DNA from: Catajapyx aquilonaris
Lineage: Eukaryota
DNA: 64,000 bases
Assembly: GCA_000934665.2 (NCBI GenBank)
Contig: KZ538551.1
Span: 124,001 to 188,000 of the forward strand
Direction: 5' to 3'
In this document: piece by piece, positions 14,096 to 28,000 of the stretch
Numbering within the stretch: position 1 is the stretch's first letter
How the letters are laid out: each line of letters begins with the position of its first letter
Position numbers and translations under genes: made by a program
Notes under the pieces: generated by a model
The model's input: the letters and a program-made list of their open reading frames with translations, nothing else
Told to the model about the DNA's origin: nothing
Databases searched by the model: none

Positions 14096-14726
14096 GTCAT
14101 GCTGCATCCTGCGTCGTTATAGTGCGGGCCTCGACGTTGGGCGTGCCGCGGTATTATAGGGTTGGCTGTGGGGGGTTGGCTGGAGGGGGGATGGACCAAA
14201 GGATATATATATACTGTGTATATATATATGATATGAGAAAAAAGCGTGGCCATTTGTGGCTTGGCTTTTTCGGGTATCGACTGCGCTTTAACTGTGGACA
14301 ACACCCGGAAGATCCGGACGACCCGACCGGATGCTGACTAAAAAGTGCCCAGATCTCTCCCTCCTGCGAGCCTCATATAAGCACTTACCCCCCTCCCCCC
14401 GTGCCCCTTCCTCTCGTCTCCACCCCACCCCCTGCCCTTCTTCTTTTTTGATCCCCCCCATGGTGACCAATACAGAGACGCCCTTTGGTCGGACTGTCGT
14501 CTGCACTGGGCGCCACCGAACTCGTCTCCTTTTTTTAAAAAAAAACAGGATGGTGATGAAGAGCTGGTCTTGTTCACTTCAACAATTGGCAACACTGCTA
14601 GACACGTAAAGAGCAGGACGATCATTGGAGATCATGTATAGAATTGGCTAGGCGTGACTCTGTCCAAGCACCACTCATCACATCATCATATCTAGAATTG
14701 CCTAGGCGTGACTTTGTCCCTAAGTC

Positions 14727-15036
14727 GAATTTTTTATACTAGCGCAACCGAGTGCGCACCTACATTCGCGCAGCTCCACTGTTGTGACGACAATGTTGCC
14801 GAAGTTACTCCCCCAGGGTATAATATTTACACCCGTAGCGTCTGAGGTTCGTTCATAGCCTTGGCAACGACGGAACGTCGCGTCGGGCATTTTGTTCCCT
14901 TCCCCTAAACGTAGCGTCGGAAATAAGTGTAGCGCAGTACACCCACTCTACACAGAGTTTACCAAAACCATTGATAATTCCAGCCGTACACTCTGCGCTA
15001 ACTGTGGTGCGCACTCGGGTAAGCTCGTAAAAAATC
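14727..15036. mobile_element. Old MITE with degenerate TIRs
   Basis: CCGAGTGCGCACC core inverted at both ends, with further imperfect matches on either side. Confidence 0.55.
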
Positions 15037-15042
15037 ATCTAC

Positions 15043-15108
<66 letters not shown>
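15043..15108. repeat. (TAG)n microsatellite
   Basis: Direct inspection. Other microsatellites: (AG)n 4859-4884, (AC)n 7778-7803, (AAG)n 17709-17748, (GGAA)n 24933-24964, (TAAA)n 49249-49277. Confidence 0.95.
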
Positions 15109-15109
<1 letters not shown>

Positions 15110-16559
15110 TAGTCCCTACACGCGTTGGCTCATCACCTAGGACGCATCATAGTTACCAGATGGAGTGGGAGTAGTGTGCAGCCTATGCGCCAACTGGTAG
15201 TGACAGATCGTACTACGTCCAAGTGTGGGCCGAGCTGGGCAGTGTTGCCATTTTTGACAGCTACTATAGTTTAGTAGACAAATAAAACATGTCTTGCCAA
15301 TTTTCTTAGACTTTGACGCGTCATTTTTTTTTTGCATTTGCCTGTACCAACAGTGCAATTAATGCTGGAGTTTTTTGATGCAGCGCAGAAGGCCTCCGAA
15401 AATGCATGATCATGTCGTACTTGAATGGACGGAAGCCATTTTTCCCCCGCTCTCCGGTCTCTAGTTCCCCATTGGTTGATCCTGCGGTGCCAGCAACCCT
15501 TTTGACACTTGGTGGGGTAGTGCTGCTCTGTGTCACTGTGAGAGAGGATTACCAGAATGTTGTGTACATTGGCTTGAGGCTCGCTGTACCGAGAGCGACC
15601 AACTAGTTTAAACAGTGTACACGTAATCGACGAGAAATACTGTGTAGTCAATTACACTGCAGAACCATTGTTGCCAAAATGTGGCAGAAATTTCCTGAAC
15701 AAAATACGAGAAAAAACTATATAGCCTCTGGAGCACACGAAATCTCAAGAGATGAAGGCCTGTTTCGCAATATTATATTTTTTGCGATTGCTCCCTGTTG
15801 ACTCGGAGTTTTTCCAACACTGTCCGGCCCGTAATTATATTCATTTATGACAGTGTGTAGCTCCAAAAAGAGTTTGAGGCTAATGATGACTCAATATCTT
15901 CACTTTGAACAGAACTGTTTGCTGCTAGTCCAACAATGGCCGATGACATCAAGTAAAGGCAGGCAAACACTTTTTGCTGAGTTTATCTTGCCCCTCGTCA
16001 CCGCATCAGGCAGTAACTTTTCAGTGCTATAATTTACAACCGGTGTTTAAAGCGGTACACTTTGATATCAACTGAGCAACCCCCCTTTTTTTGCTCTATA
16101 GTTTCCCACGACGTCTATAGTCATTGTGCTGAGCGAACTATAGTCTGAGAGAGTTCAATGTCAGGCAAACATTCCGTCAACGGTCAAGATACTTACGTAT
16201 TGTGTCGCACATTTCCTGCTCAATCGCCCACTGTGTTGTCTGCCATGTTTTAAGCCGGCGGCTTACCACAAAGAGACTCAAAAACCACACTAAAAAAAAA
16301 GTTGCTAGACACCCAGCACATATGTCTCGCCTAGGTGAGTTACCTTTATAACAGACTGAATTAATTACACATATGGTCTCCCCCTAATGGCTAAAAGCCC
16401 AACGTGGGGTAATATAAAATAAAATAAATAAAAATAAAATTACACATATGGTACAGATCGGATGGGAATGATGTCGATAACCTGGGTTTATTATTACAGG
16501 GTGTTTCGTAACGATTCCAGTGCGACACACTGCTAAGGCTAAATGAACGAGTAAATTGA

Positions 16560-17070
16560 GAAATTAATTAGTCGATTTTAATTAAATAAATTGGTAAATA
16601 TGTAAGTAAATAAATTAATAACTGATAAATATGTAAATTCATAGTTGTGTAAATTGACAGATATATAAATTGATAACAGTGTAAATTGACAGATATATAA
16701 ATTGGCAAAATGATAGATAACTTACATAAATATATAAATTGAGAGATACATAAATTGACAAAATGGTAAATAACTTATATAAATATATATATTAATAAAT
16801 ATATGACTAATTAATATATACGAACGTATATATCGTATATATTGATAAATATATGACTAATTAATATATACGAACGTATATATCGTATATATTGATAAAT
16901 ATATAAATTAATAAATGTATAGGTGAAGTTGATAAGTATAATTTGACAAATAAATTGATAAATGAAATTTGACAAATATATAAATGATTAAGTATTTATT
17001 TATTTATTTATAAGTAAATTACCCTGAAAATAAATTAGCAACCGGTAAATAAATTGATGTATTAATATTA
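16560..17070. repeat. AT-rich low-complexity/minisatellite tract
   Basis: Recurrent TAAATTGA units and a 50-bp tandem duplication at about 16785-16895. Similar T/A-rich tracts at 1770-2030, 22800-23040, 24530-24770, 25370-25860, 31600-31930, 33020-33300 and 34490-34890. Confidence 0.85.
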
Positions 17071-18169
17071 ATATTGTGTCACCTTTTTTTGTCCGTCATT
17101 GTTGAACCACTCTCGATTTCTGTCTGGTGCTGATTTATTCACCACGGATCCATGCTTGAAGTCAGGTCTGGTTGGGTATTGTCAGACCCTTATATGATTG
17201 TTGCTGTAGAACATATCTGCAACGAAAGCAGTGCGGTACAGAAACTGGCCTGAGGCAATAAGCAATAATTTTTTCTTGGGCCAGAGAGAATTTTGGGCAA
17301 GAATCTTGGTGAATGTTGATTTTTTTCCCCCTCCCCCCCCCCTCCCCCAAATCTTTTTCCTCTAGTTCGCACCACACCCCAGCTATAAATGGTGTTCCCT
17401 CGAATGCCATCTGCATCTTCCTTCAATTCTGCTCCCGGGCGTCTCTCTCTCTCTCTCTCTCTCTCTCATCGTCAATTCCGGCCACGAAAAGGCCCGCTCT
17501 CCCCTTCTTCCTCCTCTTCTTCTTCCTCCTATACCATCCCCTCCCTCCAACAGCAGAACACAGCCACGGTCAATAATTTCCCATTCGGAACACACGAGTA
17601 AATAATATTTCCTCTACAGCTTCCAGCTAATAGGTGGTTTATTCCGAAACCGTCGTTTCCGCAGGCATAGAGTTGGGAAGATGGGGACTGAGGGGAAGGG
17701 ACGTTCCTAAGAAGAAGAAGAAGAAGAATAAGAAGAAGAAGAAGAAGAAACTGGAGAAACTTTCCGGAAAAAGGAGTTAGTCTGGAGGGGGGAAGAAAGA
17801 GAGGGAAAGAAAAAAGAAAATCAGGGGAAAAAAGAGTATGGAATCGGATGTAATTAATTTTGAGCCTGCGATGAAGGTAGAATTGCTTAATTGAAATTGG
17901 GAGATGATTTGTCGGTTTTATGGCAATTAGCTGTGTAAGGCTCTGTTGCTAGAAGAATTATTAAGGTGAAACCTTACAAATACCTGTATGGCAGTATCAT
18001 AATTTGTTAGACTATACACTATAGGCTAATTCATCAAGTACGGTATACTGACTCTATTCACTGTAATTAATCAGTTAAATTCAAATCTGAACATCACTGT
18101 TTCAATTGCAATACACCCTCATTTTTTGCGTATCTATATGCGTCACAGTTATCTGCGATATTTTGTGCA

Positions 18170-18293
18170 CTCGCAGCGGAACCCGTTCTTCGCAAGGCCT
18201 GTTTCCATGGTAACTCGTTGCCACGGTAATCCAATTGCCATGGACAGGCAAGCAAGCAAACAAGCAAACAAACTTTCCCCTTATATGTATAAG
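18170..18293 (-). mobile_element. Helitron-like family H copy
   Basis: Same 5' TATAAGGGGAAAGTTTG(TTTG)n block and CCATGGCAA motif; 3' GGCCTTGCGAAGAACGGGTTCCGCTGCGAG (decayed hairpin and CTAG). Confidence 0.65.
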
Positions 18294-18310
18294 GTTTATT
18301 ATAGTTTATC

Positions 18311-18536
18311 AAGGGGTCGAAATATTCGAATGGAAGGGTACAATTTGCACTCCAAAATTATTGTTATTTGCACTACAAAGTGAGCCTTGGAGTGCAAAAG
18401 TTGGTCCTGCTTTTTAATATGGATAAACCCAGCATGCAGTAATTAAAAATTAAGCACTCCAAGTTGGCAATTTGCACTCTCAGTCTGGAGTGCAAACTTT
18501 GCATGTGGACAAATAAAAATTAAGGTTCAACCCCTG
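18311..18536. mobile_element. hAT-like MITE relic with internal TGCACTCC/GGAGTGCA motifs
   Basis: Ends AGGGGTCGAA and TTCAACCCCTG, a partial GTTTAT flank duplication, and several subterminal TGCACTC motifs in both orientations. Confidence 0.45.
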
Positions 18537-19600
18537 GTTTATGTAGTATACGGTACACAACTTACTGTATTTACTCAATTAAATTTGAACATTGCTGTTT
18601 TGTGACAATACTAGATTTTTGCGTTTCTGCGCTTCACGGTTGCCTGTAAAAAAAAACGCATTAATTTCATTTGAAATTTTTAGTTTTCACCACTATCCTT
18701 CAATTGCACGAGATTACTTGCTGTACGAAGGGATTGTCCCGAATTTAAATTTTCCGAGTTAATTTCCATCCACACCGGGTGTCTGAAAATAGGTGTCAAT
18801 ATACACATCCAGTCTGAGCAGAGTCAATCCCCACTTTTATCCTGAACAATGTCCGTGATTATTTCGCATGGAGGAACCTTCCCTCAGCCATGATTGTTAT
18901 CAGTGTTGCAAAAGAACCTCTCCAGCTCAACTCCTCCTATTGTGTGTCCCCACTTTTCTCTTTAAAAAAAACTTTTTGTCAATTGGGCATGGAAGGAGCA
19001 TCATCCCTTTCCAGATAAAAACAAGGCCTGGTGTTGAAATGACACCATATACACGTTTGCAGCGATGAAGTCTGTCTCAGAAGAGAGCTTTTCATGAGAG
19101 TTGGGGAGGGTCCTTCTTCCCCAAAAAAATATTTTTTGGAGAGGAAGATGGGTCTAGAACTGGCCCAAAAATCCTGCGGAACCGGCGGACTGATGCAGTT
19201 CCCATGGCCAATCTGCCCCAAATCCTATTCCTGTGGTCACTCTCATGAATATACCAAAGGGTAGGGGGTCCGCCTCGTTTCAATCGGTTGACCAAGGATT
19301 ATTTCCATCCCCCCCCCCACCACCACCACCACCAGAATAAGGAAAAGGGATATGACTGCCCAAACCTCTTTTCAAAAAACTTGCCATCCTTCAGGAGCAC
19401 TCATCATCCCTTCTTTCTTATTCCTGGAAAACTTGAATCCATCATGTCAACCCCCCCACCCCTGTCGCCCGGGGGCCAAAACCCGCACACAATTTGGCCT
19501 TGTTCTGGCAGCATTTTGTTGTGGTGCTCTCCCATGACTTGTTTGACAGTGTGAAAGGGCCTTCTCCTTATATGAAGGACGGGCCGGAATAAAAACAATA

Positions 19601-19706
19601 CAGGGTGAGTCAAAAACCTGCAGCTGGGTCTGCCCTCTACCTAAAAATTATGCGAGAGAAATCATGCTGCCCACACACATTCACACACACTTTTTGACTC
19701 ACCCTG
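19601..19706. mobile_element. 106-bp Tc1/mariner-type MITE
   Basis: Perfect 16-bp TIRs CAGGGTGAGTCAAAAA flanked by TA on both sides. A solo end of the same type occurs near 6795. Confidence 0.85.
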
Positions 19707-22060
19707 TAGACACATCTCAAAAGTGTCCAGCCTCCCAAATTTCCCATAGCCGCATAGTGCAAGCTGGATTCGCACGGAACAATCCTGTCACCAAACCCCC
19801 AAAGTGTGGGGACAAAGCCATGTGTCCAAACCGTTCCACTCTCTTGCATGCCAATGTAGCAGTCAGCAGGGAAAAAAATGGTTTTAAACTCTCTGTGCAG
19901 TCAGCAACTGTCCCTCAAAATTTTGGCACCATCACATAGCACCTCAAACTCGATTGATTGGACTGGAAAATTCGCACCTTTTGTTGTTCCCAAGGAGAAT
20001 CATTTAAAGCTGAGCTAATTTGTGCATGGTAAACAAGGTGTAATGACGTGTTGCTTAAATTTGCGAATAATTTGCAAAAAAATACAGTAGCAATTATCCT
20101 GCAACAGTTTCGATCAAAATGCAAGTACATCGCAAGATTGTAAAAAAACTTCGAGAATTGCGAATATTGCAATAAATAACAAGTAAAAATGAACTTGCAT
20201 CAGTTTCGATCAAAATGTAAGTACTTCGCAATATCTGATCTCACTTGTAAAAAATTCAATCACACTTTTTAATGATATGACCTAGATGACACATTTGATT
20301 CGCAATTTATACCAGTCTTCCCCCCCCCCCCCTCTTCCTGTCCCTAATTTCGGCAGACCGCACTGTGAATGAAATAAAACCTGTTCTAGTACACGGCCAG
20401 ACCTTGTCTTGTGATTGTTCGCAATTTAGAGATCGGTCTGGTCCAAAAACCAAGGACGAAATATATGACACGGAACCAATATATATTTTCTTGCAATCTG
20501 AAATTTCGAAAGGCTGGAAAGCAATTTTATTGTTTAGTTTTAATGTCTCTTCTAAAACAATAGGGCAAGTGGCGAAATTATGTGCAATTTTTACTCGTTT
20601 TCACCTGCGTTTAAGTTCGTCACGAAACATGTAGGAAATTACATGCAATTCCAAAATGCTACATGTTCCATCATGCTACAGTGTTATTAAAATAAAATAA
20701 TTCAAAATTTAGACGTGACATGCCTCAACTGTGATGTATACCTCGCATGTTAATCCCCGACGTTATTTTCTTGGCAAATTTTTGGCACATTTTGAAAACC
20801 TTCAAAAATATTCCAGCCCTTCTAAAAATTCCTTCTGGATTCCCCTTCCTCTTTTTATACCCTCATCCACATATGAATAGGTCTTCATTAAATGTAGCAC
20901 CCTTCTCTGGGAAACTGGGTTCAAAAGAGTTCCATGTCATAAGATAACTCTTTCAAGCCAGCTGCTGCCTCTCTCTCTCCTCGCTGCTTCTTCTTTCTGT
21001 CTATTTTTGCCTAACTCTTCTTTTTTTTAAAGCATAAAAGGGAAACTATTCACCGCAAGTAGCATATTTTTCTGCCCCGTATGGAACATGTTGCACAGCT
21101 GATTACACATTATTACACAAGGGAACTTGCTTTTTCCCTCCACACGTGTTTATGCCCACTTCACATTCCGCGGGGCTTAACAAAAGATTTTATACGCCGT
21201 ATCAACGGCTTTTTTTCACCTCAGCATATCAAAATAGGGGATGTGAAAATAACAATAAAAAATTGCGCGTGTTCTTTGTTCGTAGCGTGCAAAATTGCGT
21301 GTAAAATTAGCGAGTGTTTTAAGCGATTATGCAAGTGAATATCGCAACTCGTGCAAAGAAAAGTGACATGAAAATGCTTGTCCTAATATGCAAATATTGT
21401 ATACAGTACGTCGTAATTTTTGTAATATTACTCGGAGCACTTGATGATCACTCTTTTTAAAATTAATGTGTTAATTCATCTATAGCCTTGAACTGAATAT
21501 ATAAAATGTCATATCTAGACTGTATTAAACAATGCAATTTAATGCAACCTATTACATATTGTCTTCAGGTCGAAGCTAGATGAATAATTGTATGGATTTT
21601 CCACTTGCAACAATGTGACACGTTATAGTTTTCGACTATAATAAACTTCAATTACACTTTAATTAATTATGTACTAACACAATTAATTCTGATTGTGCGT
21701 GTACTTTCTAGGGCATCACGCCACTGTGATTACAAAACAACATACTGCAATAAAACAAGTAAGTAGCTTTAATATTTTTAATAATATTTGGTAGGCTACA
21801 ATTTATTGTGCAAAGTACAAAAAATACGTCTTTTTTTCATAAGTTTAAAAAAAAAATCCCATAGCAGCACATAAATACCAGAGAAAATAAAACGGGGGAC
21901 GTTTCTCTCTAAGACTATATATACGCTACATTGACTTGGTTTGATATAGGAAAATGCTGCAATCAGATTTGTACACATCTTGAAGAGCCTCGTTACAGAT
22001 AATGAGACTCTGGGTCTTTAATTAATGGGTCGTGTGGTGGGTATAAAAAGCGCTTAGTAA

Positions 22061-25000
22061 TTAGTCGGTTGGTGCGTGAGTGCTGCTTGGTGCTGCATCA
22101 GTGGTGTCGCGGTCTGGCTCGACTGTTGTTATTCCATCAGCAGAAGTCGGCTCCTTCTGAGGGCGCCCCGACGTCGCCGGCGTCTCCGCAGCCTCCACAC
22201 TGGATGCCGTTGATTGATCCGAGCTGTCTCCCTCGGCCTCTTGCTCCTCCATCTCCAGCTGCACGATGGGGCCTTCCACTTCAGGGCTGCTGCTGGACTC
22301 TTCGTCAATGCTCGATGCAGCATCCCTGCTGCTGGTGCTGCTGGTCTCAGTCGTGGTGGGGGTGGTGGTGGTGGTCAAATCTTCCTCTTCTTCTTCGTGG
22401 ACTATGTTCTCGAAGCTGTTTATCTCGTTCAGGGCGTCTTGGGGCGTCGTGTCACGACGCTTCCTCTTCGGACCAGACTTCTTCAGGGAGCTTGTGGACG
22501 ACTTGCCTGACTCGGACTTGCGACTCTTTGGCTTGCAGATGGCCTCGCCTTCTGGGCACTCCTATAATTGTTTTTGTGGGGGGGGGGGGGGAAATGCATT
22601 TTTATCATTTAATTGTATTTTTTATTTATTTTTTGACGTAACATTATTAGAGGCTATTATACTAGCAGGGTCCGAGCCAGTTTTTCGCACGGCCAAATCA
22701 TAATATTAAATTTATGCCATGGCAGCCCAGTTGCCATGGAAACCAAACCTGGACAAACAAACAATCAAATAAACTTTCCCTTTTATACGAATTTCTTTGC
22801 ATTATTTTATATACTGTATATTATTTCAGTATATATTATTGTTGCTATTGTTGTTGTTGTCCTTATTATAATTATTCCTATTTCATACTCATTATTTTAA
22901 TGTCTCGTTCTGTTTTATTTATTTATTTCATTTAATACTTATTTTATTGTTGTATTTTTTATTGTTTTACAGTATTTCATTTATTTGATTTTATTTCTCG
23001 CTTATTATTTACGTATTTTATGTGTTATTTAAGTATTTTATTCTTAGTGGGTTTTTTTTTGGCTGGGTTGATGGTACAGTACTGTACTGTACTGTACATC
23101 TGCATAAAGAACTACTTTTGGAGAGAAGCTCCGCCCGAGGAAAAGTGGCGCCCGGAAGTATAATTTTGGCACTTGCAACAAGCCTCTGCAGTAAAGACCC
23201 GGGCTACCCCGTAATGATCATGCACTGCATATACTCAGAAACTGTCGGAAACAATCAAAAAAAAGGGAAAGAAAATCCTCCCCCCTTTCGCAAAAGCTTG
23301 CTAAAATCGCTATGTTTTTTTTTTGGTAGTCATTCACCCTGCCTCCAGCGTACAAAAAAATTAAGCGTAAGAAATCCAGGCACGAAATGCCTTTTTTTTG
23401 CCAACATCATAAAAAATTGGTGGTAGTTTCTGGTGGTATATACACTCTCGCTTTTTCTCTATACTATATACTGAGGAGTAGATGGATATTTTGGATGGGG
23501 TCTAAATGCCGAGAGCTGTGGAGCAAAACTTTGCAGCTCTGGCTATGGAGTCGCTGAACCGTACAGAAACCCATTATGCCGGAACCTTTGCCAGGCCGGG
23601 GTTTTTTTTGTAGCTTGTCTGGTGCCTAATTGTCGTTGTGCATTCTGATCGATAGTATTGAAAAGCATACATTAACCCAGGGACTGGCGGCGAAGGGGAA
23701 AAAATAAAATAAATAAAATAATAACAATAGAGCAGATCTTGCCTTATTTTTTGCAGGTACAGCCGCTGGAGCGGAAGCTGAAATTAAAAATGGACAAAAT
23801 TAGTAACAATAAAAGGTAGAAATAGACAAAGTTAGCACACATCTGAAACGAAAAATTGAAAAACAATTATTAACGAAAATCTGAAACTGAAATTAGCAAA
23901 ATCTGAAACTGAAATTAGCAAAATAAAAGTGTTGAAACACGACGATGCAGTGTTTGTTTGCGACAAAAATTGTTGAGAGTGAAGTAGCAGGAGTATGGTA
24001 TGACAATTAGTGAAGAATAAGGGGCTCGTGAAAACGTCACATAAAGTACGCTTACGACTCGGGCTTAATTATTCGCGAATAATTTTCCGAGCGTCTACAA
24101 CACCGCAATGACAAATGCGGGCAATTAAAATTATACTTCTGGGCTTCTTTTTTCCCCAGAAGAGCACAGGGTGTTTCATAATTATTCGACACACATCACT
24201 TGATAATTTGGATACAGCCTATGACACTTCCATCGTCTAACGAGATTCTTCCGCAGTAATAATTTAAACATGTAAGTCTCAGCCTCTTTTCCATGGCCTC
24301 TTAGAGGTGAACACTTTGAGGCCATCGGCATCACGACTAACCAGCGCCTATTTCCGCCTTTTTAATAAAGCACTGCGCGGCGTGTAATTAATAATAATCG
24401 CACCTTAGTGTGATTACAGTCATTTAACTGCGCGGACATCACGACGATACTGAATTTATTGGGCAGTTATCGGCCAAGTTATCGGCCAATGTAAGTGACG
24501 CAAACAGTACATACACCATTACAATAATTTTAAAACGCGAGAATAAATGAGTAAATAAATAATAGGGCAAATAAATGAAATAAAGTCGCTGCGGAAGTAA
24601 TGTAAAAAACCGAGAATAAATGAGTAAATCAATAATATATTGAATAAATAAAATAAATACGAGAATAAATAAGTAAATAAATAATAGCGTGAACAAATGA
24701 AATAAAATACTCGTAGTTACGGACGTCCGTAAATAAAATAAGTAAACGAGGAGAAAATTCTTACAAAATAATAGCGTAAGATTTGCAATGTTTTCTTTTT
24801 GGCCTGGATTATGCGACACCAGACCAGCGCATTTTGCCAACAAATCCTGACAAAACACCTCCTCTTTTTTTTTGCAAAGGGCCTATAAAGTCGTCCTAAA
24901 GGAAAGGTCGAAGTTTATCACCTCCCACGGTGGGAAGGAAGGAAGGAAGGAAGGAAGGAAGGAAGAGGAGGAAAGGCAAGTGAGGGGGGGAGGTCTACCT

Positions 25001-28000
25001 TCTTAAATTTCTGGACTGCTCCTTTCCTCCGGAAGGCTTTGACAATTGGAGATGAGTGCCGTGGGCCCATTGACATGGCCATTAGAGTGAATCGGGGGAG
25101 AGGAGATGGGAAAACGGTGTCAGCATTGAAAGGAGAGAGACTCTCCCACCCACCCACAACCCCTTCTAGTAGACTCTAGATGAGATAGGGACGTCCTCTA
25201 TAGTCTTACCAGTGCTCTCTGCGGGGCTGCCTTCGACGCCGCTCTCAGCAACCCCATCCTTCGTCGCGTCCCTGAAAATATACATAATTATGACAAGTCC
25301 TCAAATCAGATCTGGTCAGTGCAAGATATGCAAGGCGCATCCTGCATCGGAATTCAGATATGTTTCAAACGTGTAAAATGTGTGAAGCGTCTTAAAATGA
25401 TGCATGAAACGAATAATTAGTGTACTATGAATATGAAACTTTTAATGTTAATTTTTGAAGCTTTTAAATTTATTATTTGAAACGCTCAAACTCATGTGGT
25501 TTAAACATTAATTTAAATCGAGTAATTTAAAAAAAAGGTTGTAACCCGTTCAAAATTGGGGCATGAAGCGTTTCAAATTAGTGTAGTGTATGAAACTTTT
25601 AAGACTTGTTTCGAACCGTTTAAAATTATTATTTGAAGCATTCAAACTAATGTTTTTAAACGGTTTGAAAATTAATTGAAATTAAACAATTGAAAGTGTT
25701 TGAAAATTAATTGAAATTAAACAATTGAAAATTGTTTTAAAGCGCTTAATATTAATATTTGAAATGTTTACACTAATGTATGAAATGTTTAAAATTAAAT
25801 TAGCGTATGGTACGTTTAAAATTATGTTGTGTGAAACTCTTAAAATAAGAAAATGTACGAAAATGTTTATTTCGGAGACATATCCATCATATCAACTCTC
25901 GCGGTTTTGAGAGTTTGGGTGTTGGGTAATAAGCTAATTAATTTAATTGAGCTCGCTTGTTCTTTAGCCAGACAATATTAAGAAATGTGGCAATACCCGG
26001 TTCGAATTTTATTTGTCGGATTCTTCACGCCCACGCCCGTCTTTTTCGATTTCCGCTTTTCCTTCGACTTGCCAAAAGAGCTATTCAATTTTAGTTGGTT
26101 TGGTCGTGCGAAGAAGAAGGTTTTTGAAAGGGAGAAAAAAAACCGGGCGTTTTCAAAACACTCTCCAGACCACAAGAAAAACTTCCGCGTTAAGCTGGAA
26201 AAACTAGGTTATAATTAACCGTTTAATCCTTTTTTTTAAAAAAAAATATGTGGGCCAAAAGTGTTCGACAGCTGCGCGTTTCATAAAAGAGGTTTTCTCC
26301 TGTGTTACGTGCTGATGTAATGTTACGCCAGCTGGGTCTAATCAGAATTAATGTTTTTTTCGCGTTCACTTTCGCGTATTGTTGTGGGGCCAGCAGCGAT
26401 TGCGAGATTTCCCCCCCCCCCCATTCAGCAAAAAGTTTGCACGGTTTTTATCCCGCAAGTTTACAACCTGGATAGGATTTTCTGCCAGAGTAATTTTTCC
26501 GTAATAAGTTCATGCTTGATTCTCATGGTTCCCAGTCGATGAAATTAATTGATTTTAAACAATTACTTAAGAGTTACTAATGGATTGTTATATTCATTCA
26601 GATTGAGAGGAAATTGGCTAATAAGGACTACAACGATGGTCAATTTCCAGCAGCAAGTTTTCATCTCAACCACTATACATGAACTCTCCAAGACTCTTCA
26701 TCATAATTTCCTTCAACATCCTTACATTTTTTTCTCTCTCTTTCTTCTTTCCCTCAGCCTTTTTACCTTCTTCTCAAGGAATGAAGTGATTCATGGCAAT
26801 GGGAAAAAAGCGGTTCCGAGGTGTTAAATGTCACGGAAAAATTACATCCGACGTGCCCAAGTCCGCGAATCTTTAATAATCTCAAAAAGGAATTTGGGAA
26901 GTGCGGCTTTCACCTCTCGGGAAAAAAAATAATTTGTGTGTAAAATTATATCCGAAAGTTATATTTCTGAATTTGCCATTTTTATATGTGCGTGCGATTA
27001 GCACAACAAGACTATCGTTTCAGGAAGGAAAAATCCGGCCCAGACTTTTCCTGAATACCAATGAGTTTTGTCGCATTGCCATTGGACAGCTTTTCCCTTC
27101 TCATGTTAGCAGTGGTGGAAAAAATTTTGACATGAAAAAGACATAATTAATAATTACGTATAGCGTGAGTCCAGTTAACGGCGAGATGGAGATTTCGAGC
27201 AAAAGCTAGGTGTAAACTTTCACCCAGAAATAACTGGAGCAAGTCTCTTGAGGGAACCAAAAAAAATATGGCTACAGTAAAAGTGAATATAATTTCTCAC
27301 CATGTTTCTGAGGCTTCGTGGAATATCTCCTGGCTCCAGTGGAGAAGCTCTTGGAGTGTCAGGAGTTGTCTTAGAAGCAAGGGAAGTGTGTCTGCCTGGT
27401 CTTGCTGCTTCCAGAAGTGCTCGGAAGTCGGTGCCAGAGCAGACGGTGCTTCCATGATGGTCTTAGGACCGGTCTGAAATTGCCAAAAATTATTTAAAAT
27501 TTTTTATTTCCACTTATAGCATGTGTATTTTTACTCTGCAAAAAGGTTAGGCTTGTATAGTCAAAATATCACCAAATATTCTCCAACAACTATTTTATGG
27601 TTTATTGGCCTTCTCTTTTTTGCATAAAAGAATCGATGCGGTTTGGATCGAGTTAATTAATCAAAACCGGTTCAAAAAGGAAGGTTCTAAAATATGCTGC
27701 AGGTTTTTGCATAAAAGCAACATAATTGAAACCGCAAATTGTCCGCCGGGTATAGCAGCTAAAGGTTGCCCATCAAAAAGAATTTGGTTTCACCTACAAA
27801 AAAAGTTTACCACAACAAAGTCCTGATTTTTTTTTTTGGGGGGGGGGGGCAGTACTGTACACGACAAAAATATTTGGACCAGTGTATTGACAACTGACAA
27901 TAGTTGACGTGTTTCAGTAAGTGTAACAACGCGTAATACTACTTTTCTTGCGCAATACCGTTAGTCTATCAAAATTATGCCTGAACACTGCGGAATCACT

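Noticed and set aside
15420..15535. Possible minus-strand exon (TQSSTTPPSVKRVAG...)
   Set aside because: Weak donor, no partner exon and no recognisable homology.
23090..23186. Alternative candidate exon for the secreted-protein gene (good acceptor, ACCKCQ)
   Set aside because: In-frame TAG in the required phase and no phase-0 donor; the 38-nt exon at 25036-24999 fits instead.
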